The notes beneath the pieces were generated by a model. That model was not told the origin of the DNA, did not search any database, and was given only the letters and a program-made list of their open reading frames with translations. Position numbers and translations under genes: made by a program. Shown in pieces: positions 55,084 through 64,000 of a stretch of 64,000 nucleotides of DNA; positions within the stretch are counted from its first letter, which is position 1; each line of letters opens with the position of its first letter. The stretch comes from Nanobdellota archaeon (GTDB taxonomy: Archaea > Nanobdellota > Nanobdellia > Woesearchaeales > JAGLXL01), in NCBI GenBank assembly GCA_042577865.1, contig JBHPDN010000003.1, forward strand, positions 786-64,785, given 5' to 3'.

Positions 55084-56046
55084 ATGGTAAAAGCACATAA
55101 ACCAAGATCAGGAAGTATGCAATTTTGGCCTAGGAAAAGGGCCAAGCGAGAGTTAGCTAGAGTGAATTCCTGGGCTAAAATCAAGGAAGCCAAACCATTA
55201 GGTTTCATCGGCTATAAGGCAGGGATGGTCCACATTTCATTTCTCGACAACCGGCCAAAGTCAATGACCAAAGATGAAGAGATAAGTTTTCCGGTGACGG
55301 TGATTGAATGTCCTACCATGAAGGTGGCGGGCATCAACTTCTATCAAATGGATGTTTATGGTTTAAGGCTGCGTTCTACTGTTCTTTCAGATTCCCTGGA
55401 TAAAGAGTTGGGAAGAAAAATAAGTTTACCAAAAAATATTAAGAAAAAAGTTGAAGATGTAAAAGATTTTGATGAAGTAAGATTATTAGTCTACACGCAG
55501 CCAAAATTAATCAAGGTTTTGGGTAAGAAACCAAAAATCGGCGAGATTTCCTTGGGAGGCAGCAAAGAAGACCAATTAAAATTTGCCCAGGAAAAATTAG
55601 GCAAAGAGATTTCTGTGGAAGAAGTTTTCAAGGAAGGAGATTTACTTGACGCTCATGGAGTAACCAAAGGAAAAGGTTTCCAGGGAACAGTTAAGAGATA
55701 CGGTGTAAGTATCAGAAGTCATAAAAGTGAAAAGGTCAAGAGGGGAGCAGCTAACTTAGGGGCCTGGACACCATCCAGAGTCAGCTATAGGCAGCCTTTA
55801 CCAGGTAAGATGGGTTATCACTTAAGAACTGATTTTAACAAATGGTTGATGAAGATTGGAAAAGACGGAAAAGAAGTAACACCAAAAAGTGGATTTCCTA
55901 ATTATGGTATTATCAAAAATGATTATGTTTTGATTAAGGGCTCTTTACCAGGACCAAGGAAAAGAGTAGTAACTTTGACTCGAGCAAACAGACCAAATAA
56001 AAAAGTGCCAAAAGAAGCACCTCAAATTAAATACATCTTGAAATGA
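55084..56046 (+). CDS. rpl3: 50S ribosomal protein L3 (uL3)
   Basis: PRSGSMQFWPRKRA..., FQGTVKRYG. First gene of the conserved cluster. Confidence 0.95.
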   Translation: MVKAHKPRSGSMQFWPRKRAKRELARVNSWAKIKEAKPLGFIGYKAGMVHISFLDNRPKSMTKDEEISFPVTVIECPTMKVAGINFYQMDVYGLRLRSTVLSDSLDKELGRKISLPKNIKKKVEDVKDFDEVRLLVYTQPKLIKVLGKKPKIGEISLGGSKEDQLKFAQEKLGKEISVEEVFKEGDLLDAHGVTKGKGFQGTVKRYGVSIRSHKSEKVKRGAANLGAWTPSRVSYRQPLPGKMGYHLRTDFNKWLMKIGKDGKEVTPKSGFPNYGIIKNDYVLIKGSLPGPRKRVVTLTRANRPNKKVPKEAPQIKYILK

Positions 56047-56849
56047 AACTGACAAAATACACTCTGGAAAAAGCAAAGCAAGGAGAACAAGAATTACCAA
56101 GCCAGTTTAACGAAGAAATCAGGCCGGATGTAGTCAAGAAAGCTGTTTTAGCCTTGCAGAGCAACCGAAGGCAAAAATACGGTGCCAGTCCAGAAGCTGG
56201 TCAGAGAGCTTCAGCTTTTGTTTCCAAGAGAAGAAGAAAATACAGAGGCACTTATGGAATTGGACAGTCAAGAACACCAAGAAAAGTTATGTCTGTCCGA
56301 GGTACAAGATTTAACTGGACAGGAGCAGTGGCTCCGCAAACAGTGGGCGGTCGAAGAGCTCATCCTCCTAAAGCTGAAAAGAATTGGGAAAAGAAAATCA
56401 ACAAAAAAGAGAGAAGAAAGGCCATCAGAAGCGCCATAGCAGCGACCATGGTCAAAGAATTAGTAACAGAAAGAGGCCATTTAATTCCCGATGATTATCC
56501 TTTTATTATTGAATCAAAAATTGAGAGTGTAGATAAAACCAAAACAATCAAAGAAGTTTTGAAAAAACTTGGTTTTGAAAAAGAACTGGTCAGAGGAGAA
56601 CAGAAAAAAGTAAGAGCAGGAAAGGGAAAATCCAGAGGAAGAAAGTACAAAAAGAAAACCAGTTTATTATTAATAGTAGCTGATGATTGCAAATTACTGA
56701 AATCCGGCAAAAATCTGCCAGGTGTTGAAGTAGTCAAAGTTAATGAATTAAATGCTGAGTTACTAGCTCCCGGAGCAGCTCTAGGAAGAATAGCTCTTTG
56801 GAGTGAAAGTGCGATTGAAAAATTAGGAAAAGAAAAATTGTTTGAATAA
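56043..56849 (+). CDS. rpl4: 50S ribosomal protein L4 (uL4)
   Basis: Family-typical sequence ([21 protein letters not shown]) and position. Confidence 0.95.
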   Translation: MKLTKYTLEKAKQGEQELPSQFNEEIRPDVVKKAVLALQSNRRQKYGASPEAGQRASAFVSKRRRKYRGTYGIGQSRTPRKVMSVRGTRFNWTGAVAPQTVGGRRAHPPKAEKNWEKKINKKERRKAIRSAIAATMVKELVTERGHLIPDDYPFIIESKIESVDKTKTIKEVLKKLGFEKELVRGEQKKVRAGKGKSRGRKYKKKTSLLLIVADDCKLLKSGKNLPGVEVVKVNELNAELLAPGAALGRIALWSESAIEKLGKEKLFE

Positions 56850-56851
56850 AA

Positions 56852-57112
56852 ATGGAAGCCTACAAAGTTATCAAATGCCCGCTGTCAACAGAAAAGAGTA
56901 TCCGGTTGATGGAAAGCGAAAACAAATTGATCTTTGTAGTTGATATGGCAGCCACAAAACCAGATATCAAAAAAGCAATTGAAGAACTGTTTAAAGTGAA
57001 GGTGGCTAAAGTAAATACATTCATCACCCCGAGCGGTGAAAAAAGAGCTTATGTTAAATTCAATCCAGAAAGTCCGGCAATTGATATTGCCACCGAATTA
57101 GGTCTGATGTAA
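56852..57112 (+). CDS. rpl23: 50S ribosomal protein L23 (uL23)
   Basis: [24 protein letters not shown] pattern and position. Confidence 0.95.
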   Translation: MEAYKVIKCPLSTEKSIRLMESENKLIFVVDMAATKPDIKKAIEELFKVKVAKVNTFITPSGEKRAYVKFNPESPAIDIATELGLM

Positions 57113-57113
57113 G

Positions 57114-57821
57114 ATGGGTAAAAGAATAATCCAACAAAGACGCGGAAAGGGAACAACAGCCTACAGAACTCACGGCTTTAAGTTTAAAGGAGAGGCTAAA
57201 CTCCACAAAAGCGATGGTTCACTAAAAGGTGAAGTGATTGATTTGATAAACTGCCCAGGACACAGTGCGCCTTTGGTCAAGATCAGATATGAAGACGGCA
57301 AAATCAACCTAACCATTGCCCCTGAAGGAATTTACGTTGGGGAAGAAGTTAGTATTGGTGAGAGTCTTGGAGTCGGCAATATTTTAAGCTTAAGAGATAT
57401 TCCGGAAGGAACTTCGATTTATAATATTGAAAGATTGCCTGGAGATGGAGGTAAGTTTGTAAGAAGCAGCGGAACTTTTGCCAAAATAGTGGCCAAGACA
57501 CCCGAAGGTGTAACAGTCAAGCTTCCGTCAAAGAAAGAAAAGATTTTCCTGCCTGAATGCAGAGCCTGTATTGGAATTGTGGCAGGAGCAGGAAGACTAG
57601 ACAAGCCTTGGTTAAAAGCAGGTAAAAGATTCCATGCCATGAGGGCAAGAAACAAACTTTACCCAAGTGTTTCAGGAACATCAATGAACGCAGTAGACCA
57701 TCCTTTTGGTGGAACAACTTCAAGCCACAAAGGAAGACCAACTATTGCACCTCATAATGCTCCACCTGGAAGAAAAGTAGGTAAGATTAGAGCAAGAAGA
57801 ACAGGGAGGAGGAAGAAATAA
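57114..57821 (+). CDS. rpl2: 50S ribosomal protein L2 (uL2)
   Basis: MGKRIIQQRRGKG..., VDHPFGGT...HKGRP. Confidence 0.95.
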   Translation: MGKRIIQQRRGKGTTAYRTHGFKFKGEAKLHKSDGSLKGEVIDLINCPGHSAPLVKIRYEDGKINLTIAPEGIYVGEEVSIGESLGVGNILSLRDIPEGTSIYNIERLPGDGGKFVRSSGTFAKIVAKTPEGVTVKLPSKKEKIFLPECRACIGIVAGAGRLDKPWLKAGKRFHAMRARNKLYPSVSGTSMNAVDHPFGGTTSSHKGRPTIAPHNAPPGRKVGKIRARRTGRRKK

Positions 57822-57823
57822 AG

Positions 57824-58207
57824 ATGGCTAAGAAAGAATTCAAATGGCGAGGAAGAAGTCTGGAAGAAACAAAAAATCTTGACCTAAAAGAATTTACACT
57901 TTTACTTCCGGCAAGGCAAAGAAGAAGTCTCAAGAGAGGATTTACTGAATCACAGAAAAAATTACTGAAAAGAGTTGACGATGGCGCTGACAATATCAAA
58001 ACCCATTGTCGAAATATGATCATTGTCCCAAAAATGGTGGGAATATCATTTAGAATTTATACTGGCAAGGAATTTGTTCCAGTCACAATTACATTAGAAA
58101 TGCTAGGGCACTTCTTAGGGGAGTTTGCCTTATCAAGAAAAACAGTTTCACACAGCTCACCAGGAGTGGGAGCAACTAAGAGCAGTTCAGCGATATCGGT
58201 AAAATAA
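57824..58207 (+). CDS. rps19: 30S ribosomal protein S19 (uS19)
   Basis: FKWRGRSLEE..., GHFLGEFALSRK. Confidence 0.95.
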   Translation: MAKKEFKWRGRSLEETKNLDLKEFTLLLPARQRRSLKRGFTESQKKLLKRVDDGADNIKTHCRNMIIVPKMVGISFRIYTGKEFVPVTITLEMLGHFLGEFALSRKTVSHSSPGVGATKSSSAISVK

Positions 58208-58208
58208 A

Positions 58209-58730
58209 ATGGGCGACCAAAAATATGCAGCAAAAATAGAAGGCGAGACAGCCAAAGTAATTGGCAGAGATTTATCTATCTCAACCAAGCACAGTGTAGA
58301 AGTTTGCCGAGCTTTGCGGGGTAAAAATTTACAAAAGGCTAAGGAGTTTTTGAGAGATGTCATTGAGAAAAAAGCTGCAGTTCCTTACCGAAGATACAAT
58401 GATGATTTGGGCCACAAGAAAGGTAAGGTCGGTCCAGGACGTTATCCAATAAAAACATGCAAGGCAATTTTAGGCTTATTGGAATCTGTAGAAACCAACG
58501 CCCAATTTAAAGGTTTGAACACTTCATTTTTAGAAGTGGTTCATATTTGCGCCCATCTGGCTTCAAGACCATGGCATTTTGGCAGAAAAACACGGGAAAA
58601 AATGAAAAGAAGTCATGTAGAAATTATTGTTAAGGAAGGCAAGAGACCAGAAGCTAAGAAAGAAGAGAAGAAAAAAACAGAAACCAAGAAAGAAACAAAA
58701 CCTACCACCAAAGGAAGTGATAAAAAATGA
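58209..58730 (+). CDS. rpl22: 50S ribosomal protein L22 (uL22) with a Lys/Glu-rich tail
   Basis: ISTKHSVEVCRALRGKNLQKAKEFL..., tail KKEEKKKTETKKETKPTTKGSDKK. Confidence 0.95.
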   Translation: MGDQKYAAKIEGETAKVIGRDLSISTKHSVEVCRALRGKNLQKAKEFLRDVIEKKAAVPYRRYNDDLGHKKGKVGPGRYPIKTCKAILGLLESVETNAQFKGLNTSFLEVVHICAHLASRPWHFGRKTREKMKRSHVEIIVKEGKRPEAKKEEKKKTETKKETKPTTKGSDKK

Positions 58731-59443
58731 TGGAAAGAGATTTTGTGGCTCAGAAAATTAAAGAATTCCAAGTCCAGGAATTTATTGAAGCCAATGTAAA
58801 CAAAGTGGGCCATTCCCATACCCTATTGAAGAAGACTCCCTTAGGTGAAAAAGTAATTATTTATGCCAGCCGACCTGGTTTAGTGGTAGGCAGAAAAGGC
58901 AGCAACATCAAAGCGCTGACCGCTCAACTGAAAAAGAAATTTAATTTAGAAAATCCTCAGATTGAAATAAATGAAGTTGAAAATGTATTTTTGGTTCCGG
59001 AAATAGTGGCAGAAAAGATTGCCATGTCTTTGGAAAGATTTGGAACAGGCAGATTTAAAGGTGTGGGCCATAAGATGTTAGAAAGAATATTAGATGCTGG
59101 AGCATTAGGTGTTGAAATATTAATATCCGGCAAAGTACCAGGAGCCAGAGCAAGAACTTGGAGATTTTATCAAGGTTATTTGAAAAAATGCGGTGAAGTC
59201 GCCCTGACTGGAGTCCGTAAGGCCTACAAATCAGCTTTGCTAAAGACTGGGATTATTGGAATTCAAGTAAGGATTATGCCACCGGATATCAAACTACCGG
59301 ATACAGTTGAATTACTTGAAGAAAAAGAAGAAGTAATTGAGGAAGTTAAAGAAGGGAAAAAAATCAAGAAGAAAGAAACTAAAAAAGAAGCTAAGGAAGA
59401 GAAGAAGGAAGTTAAAGAAGAAACCAAGGAAGAAGAAAAATGA
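58727..59443 (+). CDS. rps3: 30S ribosomal protein S3 (uS3) with a Lys/Glu-rich tail
   Basis: KH domain (VVGRKGSNIKAL) and the S3 C-domain, followed by a KE-rich tail. Confidence 0.95.
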   Translation: MMERDFVAQKIKEFQVQEFIEANVNKVGHSHTLLKKTPLGEKVIIYASRPGLVVGRKGSNIKALTAQLKKKFNLENPQIEINEVENVFLVPEIVAEKIAMSLERFGTGRFKGVGHKMLERILDAGALGVEILISGKVPGARARTWRFYQGYLKKCGEVALTGVRKAYKSALLKTGIIGIQVRIMPPDIKLPDTVELLEEKEEVIEEVKEGKKIKKKETKKEAKEEKKEVKEETKEEEK

Positions 59444-59661
59444 AAAGAAAAGAAATACGTGATTTACCAAAAGGTGAACTGGAAAAGAAATTAGGTGAAT
59501 TACGAAGAAGTCTGATGAAAGAAAATGCTCAGATTAAAATTGGTACAACCCCTTCAAATCCCGGCAAAGTCAAACAAATCAAAAAAATGATCGCAAAATT
59601 AATCACAAAATCAAAAAACACTGAAGCTGAAAAGGCTTCTAGTAATAAGCAGGAGGTATAA
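59440..59661 (+). CDS. rpl29: 50S ribosomal protein L29 (uL29)
   Basis: IRDLPKGELEKKLGELRRSLMKE pattern and position. Confidence 0.9.
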   Translation: MKRKEIRDLPKGELEKKLGELRRSLMKENAQIKIGTTPSNPGKVKQIKKMIAKLITKSKNTEAEKASSNKQEV

Positions 59662-59966
59662 TGTCAGAAGTTTGTTCAGACTGTGGTTTACCAAAAGACC
59701 TATGCGTTTGTGAAACAATCGCTAAAGAGCAACAAAAGATAATAGTCAGCATCGAAAAAAGAAAATTTGGCAAAAAGTATACAATCATCCGCGGCTTTGA
59801 AAAAGGCATTGATTTGGATGATTTGGCAAAAAAACTTAAGGCCAAATTTGCTTGTGGCGGAACATCCAAAAACGAAGCTATTGAGTTGCAAGGCGATCAC
59901 AAATCAAAAGCCAAAGAAGTTTTGCTGGAAATGGGTTTTCCAAGCGAAACAATAGAAATCAAATAA
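59661..59966 (+). CDS. sui1: Translation initiation factor 1 (SUI1/aIF1)
   Basis: N-terminal CSDCGLPKDLCVC zinc knuckle followed by the SUI1 fold (KYTIIRGF...LKAKFACGGT...IELQGDH). Confidence 0.9.
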   Translation: MSEVCSDCGLPKDLCVCETIAKEQQKIIVSIEKRKFGKKYTIIRGFEKGIDLDDLAKKLKAKFACGGTSKNEAIELQGDHKSKAKEVLLEMGFPSETIEIK

Positions 59967-59969
59967 AAA

Positions 59970-60200
59970 ATGGCAAAAACAAGCGTGTATAAGGGTGAAT
60001 TAATTGGGAAAACCATCAAAATCACTGACTCCAAGAACCCAAGTGAGATTGGGATTGAAGGAAAAATAACTGACGAAACCAAAAACCTGCTGATCATGGA
60101 AAACAAAAAGTTTTTCAAAAAAAATATCACAATCAAACTGAATAACCAAATCATTGAAGGCAAAAAATTGCTTAAAAGACCGGAAGAAAGAATAAAATGA
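59970..60200 (+). CDS. rnp1: RNase P protein component 1 (Rpp29/Pop4)
   Basis: ELIGKTIKITDSKNPSEIGIEGKITDETKNLLIME pattern. Typical L29-Rpp29-S17 position. Confidence 0.85.
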   Translation: MAKTSVYKGELIGKTIKITDSKNPSEIGIEGKITDETKNLLIMENKKFFKKNITIKLNNQIIEGKKLLKRPEERIK

Positions 60201-60538
60201 AAGAAAAGGAAAACAAATTGGATGTAGAAAAGCCAAAGGAAAAGTGCAGTGATAAGAAGTGTCCATTTCACGGACAAATAAAAATAAAGAATGAAACTTT
60301 CACTGGCAAAGTAGTTAAGAAAGATGTTAACAGAAGTGCAACAATCGAATGGGAGAGGCAGCGTTTAATTAAAAAATATGAAAGGCACGAAAGAAGAAGA
60401 AGCCGATTAAGAGTTCATAATCCAGCCTGCCTTAACGCTTCAATCGGTGATGAAGTCTTAGCAGCCAGAACCAGACCTTTAAGCAAATCAAAAAATTTCG
60501 TGATTATTAAAATTATCAAAAAACTTGGAGAAAAATGA
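60197..60538 (+). CDS. rps17: 30S ribosomal protein S17 (uS17)
   Basis: CSDKKCPFHG..., FTGKVVKKDVNRSATIEWER. Confidence 0.95.
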   Translation: MKEKENKLDVEKPKEKCSDKKCPFHGQIKIKNETFTGKVVKKDVNRSATIEWERQRLIKKYERHERRRSRLRVHNPACLNASIGDEVLAARTRPLSKSKNFVIIKIIKKLGEK

Positions 60539-60936
60539 AAGCAATCAAATCAAAAGTAACCAGAGGAATTCCAGTGGGTGCAACTATTCCGACCTGCGGC
60601 AACTCCGGCGCCAAATTGTTGAAAATTTTTTCAGTCAGGAGACACACAACAAGAAAAGGCAGACTTCAGGCAGCTGGAGTGGGAGATTTGGTAATGGCCT
60701 CAGTCAAAAAAGGTAAGCCAGAGATTAGAAAACAAGTAGTCATGGCAGTAATTGTCAGGCAAAAGAAGGAATACCGAAGGCCGGATGGAGTAAGAATCAA
60801 GTTTGAAGACAACGCAGCTGTGGTCGTGAAAGATGATGCGGGAAATCCTAAGGGAACAATTTTGAAAGGCCCAATCGCCAAAGAAGCGTGCGAAAGATGG
60901 CCAGGGATTGCAAAATTAGCAAGCATTGTGGTTTAA
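60535..60936 (+). CDS. rpl14: 50S ribosomal protein L14 (uL14)
   Basis: Family-typical sequence (AGVGDLVMASVKKG, IRFEDNAAV-like) and position. Confidence 0.95.
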   Translation: MKAIKSKVTRGIPVGATIPTCGNSGAKLLKIFSVRRHTTRKGRLQAAGVGDLVMASVKKGKPEIRKQVVMAVIVRQKKEYRRPDGVRIKFEDNAAVVVKDDAGNPKGTILKGPIAKEACERWPGIAKLASIVV

Positions 60937-60937
60937 A

Positions 60938-61402
60938 ATGAAAACATTTTCAAAAGCATGGAAAGGAAGTAAGAAGCCGAGGAAACAAAGGAAATACAGA
61001 GCTAAAGCTCCCTTACACCTAAGGAAGAAATTTGTAACAGTTCATTTAGTTAAAGATTTGATTAAGAAGTATGGTAGAAGAAATGTGCCGATAAAAAAAG
61101 GTGACAAAGTCAAGATTTTGAGAGGTAATTTCAAGAAAAAAGAAGGAAAAGTAGAAAGAGTAGACAGAAAGAGAAGCAAGATTTTCATTACCGGTATTGA
61201 GTTGATCAAAAAAGACGGCAGCAAAGTTTTGCGACCGGTTAATCCATCAAACTTAATCATAATTGAATTAAATTTGGATGATAAAAAAAGAAAAGCCAAA
61301 CTAGAGAAAAAAGACAAGGAGGCTAAGCCGCTCAAAGGTGAGCCTCTGGCACCACGTAAAGTAGCTTCGGTGCCTCAGAAACAGGGGGTTTCAGGGAAAT
61401 GA
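60938..61402 (+). CDS. rpl24: 50S ribosomal protein L24 (uL24) with a Lys-rich C-terminal extension
   Basis: KOW motif (IKKGDKVKILRGNFKKKEGKV). ATG 60938 preferred over TTG 60926. Confidence 0.9.
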   Translation: MKTFSKAWKGSKKPRKQRKYRAKAPLHLRKKFVTVHLVKDLIKKYGRRNVPIKKGDKVKILRGNFKKKEGKVERVDRKRSKIFITGIELIKKDGSKVLRPVNPSNLIIIELNLDDKKRKAKLEKKDKEAKPLKGEPLAPRKVASVPQKQGVSGK

Positions 61403-62085
61403 AAGATCACTTAAAAAGAAATTTTGTACCTAAAAACTGGCCAATCAAAAGGAAGGCTGCCAGATTTTTAATCAGACCTAAGCCAAGCGGACATCCGATG
61501 GAATCAGGTTTACCCCTAGCTGTTATTTTGAGAGATGTTTTAGGACATGTCCAAACTTTGAGAGAAGTAAAAAAAGTATTGCATGATAATGATGTTTTGG
61601 TTGACAGCAAAAGAAGGAAGGACCCTAAGTTTTTAGTTGGTCTCTTTGATGTTTTAAGTCTACCAGTGGTTAAGGAAGATTACAGACTGTTATTTGACAA
61701 AAAAGGCAAATTAAGTTTGCTGGCGATTGATGAAAAGGAAGCCAAGATAAAAGTAGCCAAGGTAATCGGCAAAAGGGCATTAAAGAAAGGCAAGGTGCAA
61801 CTGAATTTGCATGATGGAAAAAATATTTTGAGTGATGATAAAATTAAAGTGGGCGATTCTGTGGTACTTAGCCTGCCAGACAATAAGATCCAGCAAGTTT
61901 TACCGCTGAAAGAAAAAGCCCAAGTTTATTTAGTTAAAGGTAAGAGAGCCGGAAGTAGCGGTGTTTTGAAAGAAATTTCAGGCAACAAGGCTATCTATGA
62001 ATCAGGCAAAGAAAAGATTGAAACTTTGAAAGATTATATCATGGTAGTAGGCGAAGATAAACCAATAATCAAATTAGAAAAATGA
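61399..62085 (+). CDS. rps4e: 30S ribosomal protein S4e (eS4)
   Basis: HLKRNFVPKNWPI.RKA..F..RP.PGPH-like start and a KOW region. Confidence 0.95.
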   Translation: MKDHLKRNFVPKNWPIKRKAARFLIRPKPSGHPMESGLPLAVILRDVLGHVQTLREVKKVLHDNDVLVDSKRRKDPKFLVGLFDVLSLPVVKEDYRLLFDKKGKLSLLAIDEKEAKIKVAKVIGKRALKKGKVQLNLHDGKNILSDDKIKVGDSVVLSLPDNKIQQVLPLKEKAQVYLVKGKRAGSSGVLKEISGNKAIYESGKEKIETLKDYIMVVGEDKPIIKLEK

Positions 62086-62609
62086 ATGAAAACAACCCAA
62101 TGAGAAAAATCAGGATAGAGAAGGTCACCCTAAATATAGGAGCGGGCAAAGACGGAGAACGCCTGAAGAAAGGAGTGAAACTTTTGACAACTTTGACAGG
62201 TGTTAAACCTGTTCAGACGGTGACCCAAAAAAGAATTCCTGGATGGGGTTTGAGACCTGGTTTAGCAATTGGATGCAAATTGACTTTAAGAGGGAAAAAG
62301 GCCCGGGATATTTTGAAAAGATTGATAGAAGCAAAAGATAATGTTTTGGATGAAAAAAGATTTGACCAATATGGTAACTTTGCCTTTGGCATAGCAGAAT
62401 ATATTGACATTCCAGATATTGAATATGATCCTGAAATTAAGATTTTAGGATTAGAAGTGTCAGTCACTTTGGAAAGGCCTGGTTTTAGAATCAAACGTAG
62501 AGGAGTAAAAACCAAACCAATTCCTAAAACACATCAAATAACCAAAGAAGAAGGAATAGAATTTGTGAAAAAAGAACTCAATGTTAAAATAGGAGAGGAA
62601 GAAGCCTAA
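62082..62609 (+). CDS. rpl5: 50S ribosomal protein L5 (uL5)
   Basis: [14 protein letters not shown]..., [14 protein letters not shown]. Confidence 0.95.
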   Translation: MNENNPMRKIRIEKVTLNIGAGKDGERLKKGVKLLTTLTGVKPVQTVTQKRIPGWGLRPGLAIGCKLTLRGKKARDILKRLIEAKDNVLDEKRFDQYGNFAFGIAEYIDIPDIEYDPEIKILGLEVSVTLERPGFRIKRRGVKTKPIPKTHQITKEEGIEFVKKELNVKIGEEEA

Positions 62610-62610
62610 A

Positions 62611-62841
62611 ATGACTACAAGCGATCATAAAAAGGTTTTCAAACAATTGAAAGAAAAACCAGTCAAATTGAATAAGTTTTTGAAATTCAATAAACCAAAA
62701 GAAAGAAGCTGCGGAATTGCAAATAGAAAATGCCGAAGATGCGGCCGGAATAGAGGACACATCAGAAAATACGGTATTGAAATGTGCCGACAATGCTTCA
62801 GGGAAATCGCGGTTAAACTGGGCTTTAAAAAATTTGGATGA
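62611..62841 (+). CDS. rps14: 30S ribosomal protein S14 (uS14, zinc type), N-terminally longer than I expect for archaeal homologs
   Basis: [25 protein letters not shown] (CxxC...CxxC). Confidence 0.9.
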   Translation: MTTSDHKKVFKQLKEKPVKLNKFLKFNKPKERSCGIANRKCRRCGRNRGHIRKYGIEMCRQCFREIAVKLGFKKFG

Positions 62842-62847
62842 TAAAAA

Positions 62848-63240
62848 ATGGTAATGAATGACCCACTAGCAAGTTGCTTATCAAAAATAATGAACGCCGA
62901 GAAGATTGGCAGAAGGGAGTGTACAATTAGACCCGCTTCCAAAGAGATTAAGAAAGTTTTGACAATATTGAATGAAAACGGTTATCTAGGCAAATTCAAA
63001 GCAGTTGATGACGGCAAAGGTGGATTTTTGGTATTAAATTTACTTGGTAATATCAACAAATGTGGAGTCATCAAACCCAGATTTAGCTCAAAAAAGAATG
63101 AGTTTGAGAAATGGGAAAACAGATATTTGCCAGCCAAAGATTTTGGTTTAATAATTGTATCAACTCCAAAAGGTTATATGCTTCACTCAGAAGCTAAGGA
63201 AAAAGGAACAGGAGGAAAACTAATCGCTTATTGTTACTAA
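62848..63240 (+). CDS. rps8: 30S ribosomal protein S8 (uS8)
   Basis: DPLASCLSKIMNAEK..., GGKLIAYCY terminus. Confidence 0.95.
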   Translation: MVMNDPLASCLSKIMNAEKIGRRECTIRPASKEIKKVLTILNENGYLGKFKAVDDGKGGFLVLNLLGNINKCGVIKPRFSSKKNEFEKWENRYLPAKDFGLIIVSTPKGYMLHSEAKEKGTGGKLIAYCY

Positions 63241-63241
63241 G

Positions 63242-63787
63242 ATGAAATTAGATATCAAAAACGAAATTGAAATGCCGGAGGGTGTGGAAGGTAAGTTGGA
63301 AGGTTTTTTCCTAGTAATCAAAGGACCCAAGGGAGAAAATAAAAAACAACTGCATGATCCTAAGATTGTCTTAAGTTTAGTTGATAAAAATATAGTTTTG
63401 GAAGCAAAAAAAGGAACAAAAAGAGAGAAACGACAATTATATACTTTTACTGCCCATATCAAAAATATGATTAAAGGCGTAACAGAAGGCCACAATTATG
63501 AACTCAAAATCTGCTCTGGACATTTTCCAATGAATGTGGCAGTGGCAGGCAATGAATTGGTCATCAAAAACTTTTTGGGAGAAAATAACCCAAGAAAGAT
63601 GAAAATAAGAGAGGGCGTCAAGGTAAGTGTTGAAGGCGATAAGGTTAAGGTGGAAGGAATAGATAAAGAATTGGTTGGTCAGGCGGCCGCCAATATCGAA
63701 ACACTAACCAAAATCAAAGGAAGAGACAGAAGGATTTTCCAGGACGGCATATTCATTATCAATAAGGACGGCAAAGATCTAAAATGA
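63242..63787 (+). CDS. rpl6: 50S ribosomal protein L6 (uL6)
   Basis: Two-repeat L6 pattern (GPKGE..., FPMNVAV.GNELVIKNFLGE). Confidence 0.95.
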   Translation: MKLDIKNEIEMPEGVEGKLEGFFLVIKGPKGENKKQLHDPKIVLSLVDKNIVLEAKKGTKREKRQLYTFTAHIKNMIKGVTEGHNYELKICSGHFPMNVAVAGNELVIKNFLGENNPRKMKIREGVKVSVEGDKVKVEGIDKELVGQAAANIETLTKIKGRDRRIFQDGIFIINKDGKDLK

Positions 63788-64000
63788 AAGAACTAATCGA
63801 ACTGAGGAAGAAGATTAAGAGCAAGAAGCCAAATTACAGCAGACAGGACTCTCATAAAAAGAAAAGATTAGGCAGCAAGTGGAGAAGACCAAAAGGTCTG
63901 CAATCCAAAATGCGTTTGAGAAAAAAAGGATACAAGAGAAGTGTAGAGATTGGTTTTGGTTCACCAAAGGCAGTCAAAAGAATGCACAAATCAGGATTGA
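63784..64000 (+). CDS. rpl32e: 50S ribosomal protein L32e (eL32), partial; runs off the right edge
   Basis: Hand translation from ATG 63784 gives MKELIELRKKIKSKKPNYSRQDSHKKKRLGSKWRRPKGLQSKMRLRKKGY... It overlaps the rpl6 stop (ATGA). Confidence 0.85.
   Translation, partial: MKELIELRKKIKSKKPNYSRQDSHKKKRLGSKWRRPKGLQSKMRLRKKGYKRSVEIGFGSPKAVKRMHKSGL

Noticed and set aside
1-64000. Mobile elements, prophage, defence islands or toxin-antitoxin pairs
   Set aside because: I recognised no integrase, transposase, recombinase, capsid/terminase, Cas, restriction or classic TA gene. MazG here is the NTP pyrophosphohydrolase family, not MazF.

Overview
The window is AT-rich (about mid-30s % GC by eye, not computed), very gene-dense and clearly archaeal. 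It carries Topo VI A/B, archaeal DnaG, a PriS-type primase, PCNA, Hef, RNase J, ABCE1, RpoD/RpoN, Sec61beta, NAC, SRP RNA, RNase P RNA, and two classic archaeal ribosomal-protein clusters (S13-S4-S11-RpoD-L18e-L13-S9-RpoN on the minus strand; L3 through L32e on the plus strand). Small tightly overlapping genes, a fused primase, lysine/glutamate-rich tails on core proteins and a large lamin-tail-domain surface protein suggest a small-genome DPANN-type archaeon (Woese-/Pace-/Nanoarchaeota-like). That placement is inference, not a database result. Other content: pyrG (partial), a glmS-glmM-glmU-like UDP-GlcNAc operon, AMP phosphorylase, TrmI, a CYTH protein, the RIO kinase + KH pair, TrpRS, LeuRS, a presenilin/SPP-like protease, a TraB-family protein, ScpB, and a tightly overlapping gyrA-mazG-THUMP-DUF4145-like run. 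I found six tRNA genes by hand. Three carry insertions, and two of those (Arg-UCU, Leu-CAA) appear to have a second intron in the T-loop. I saw no rRNA, CRISPR array, transposase or integrase. The items most worth a second look are: (1) the multi-intron tRNAs; (2) a 17-nt palindrome, TACTTACA-N-TGTAAGTA, present three times between a coiled-coil operon and the surface-protein gene and again upstream of gyrA; (3) a ~520-bp gene-free gap (17484-18007) with a duplicated promoter motif and two candidate structured RNAs; (4) a tandem trio of related small coiled-coil proteins; (5) a radical-SAM gene with Cx4Cx2C spacing coupled to two paralogous membrane-anchored proteins. All calls rest on reading the sequence and ORF translations only. 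No searches or folding programs were run, and RNA ends are good to only a few nt.
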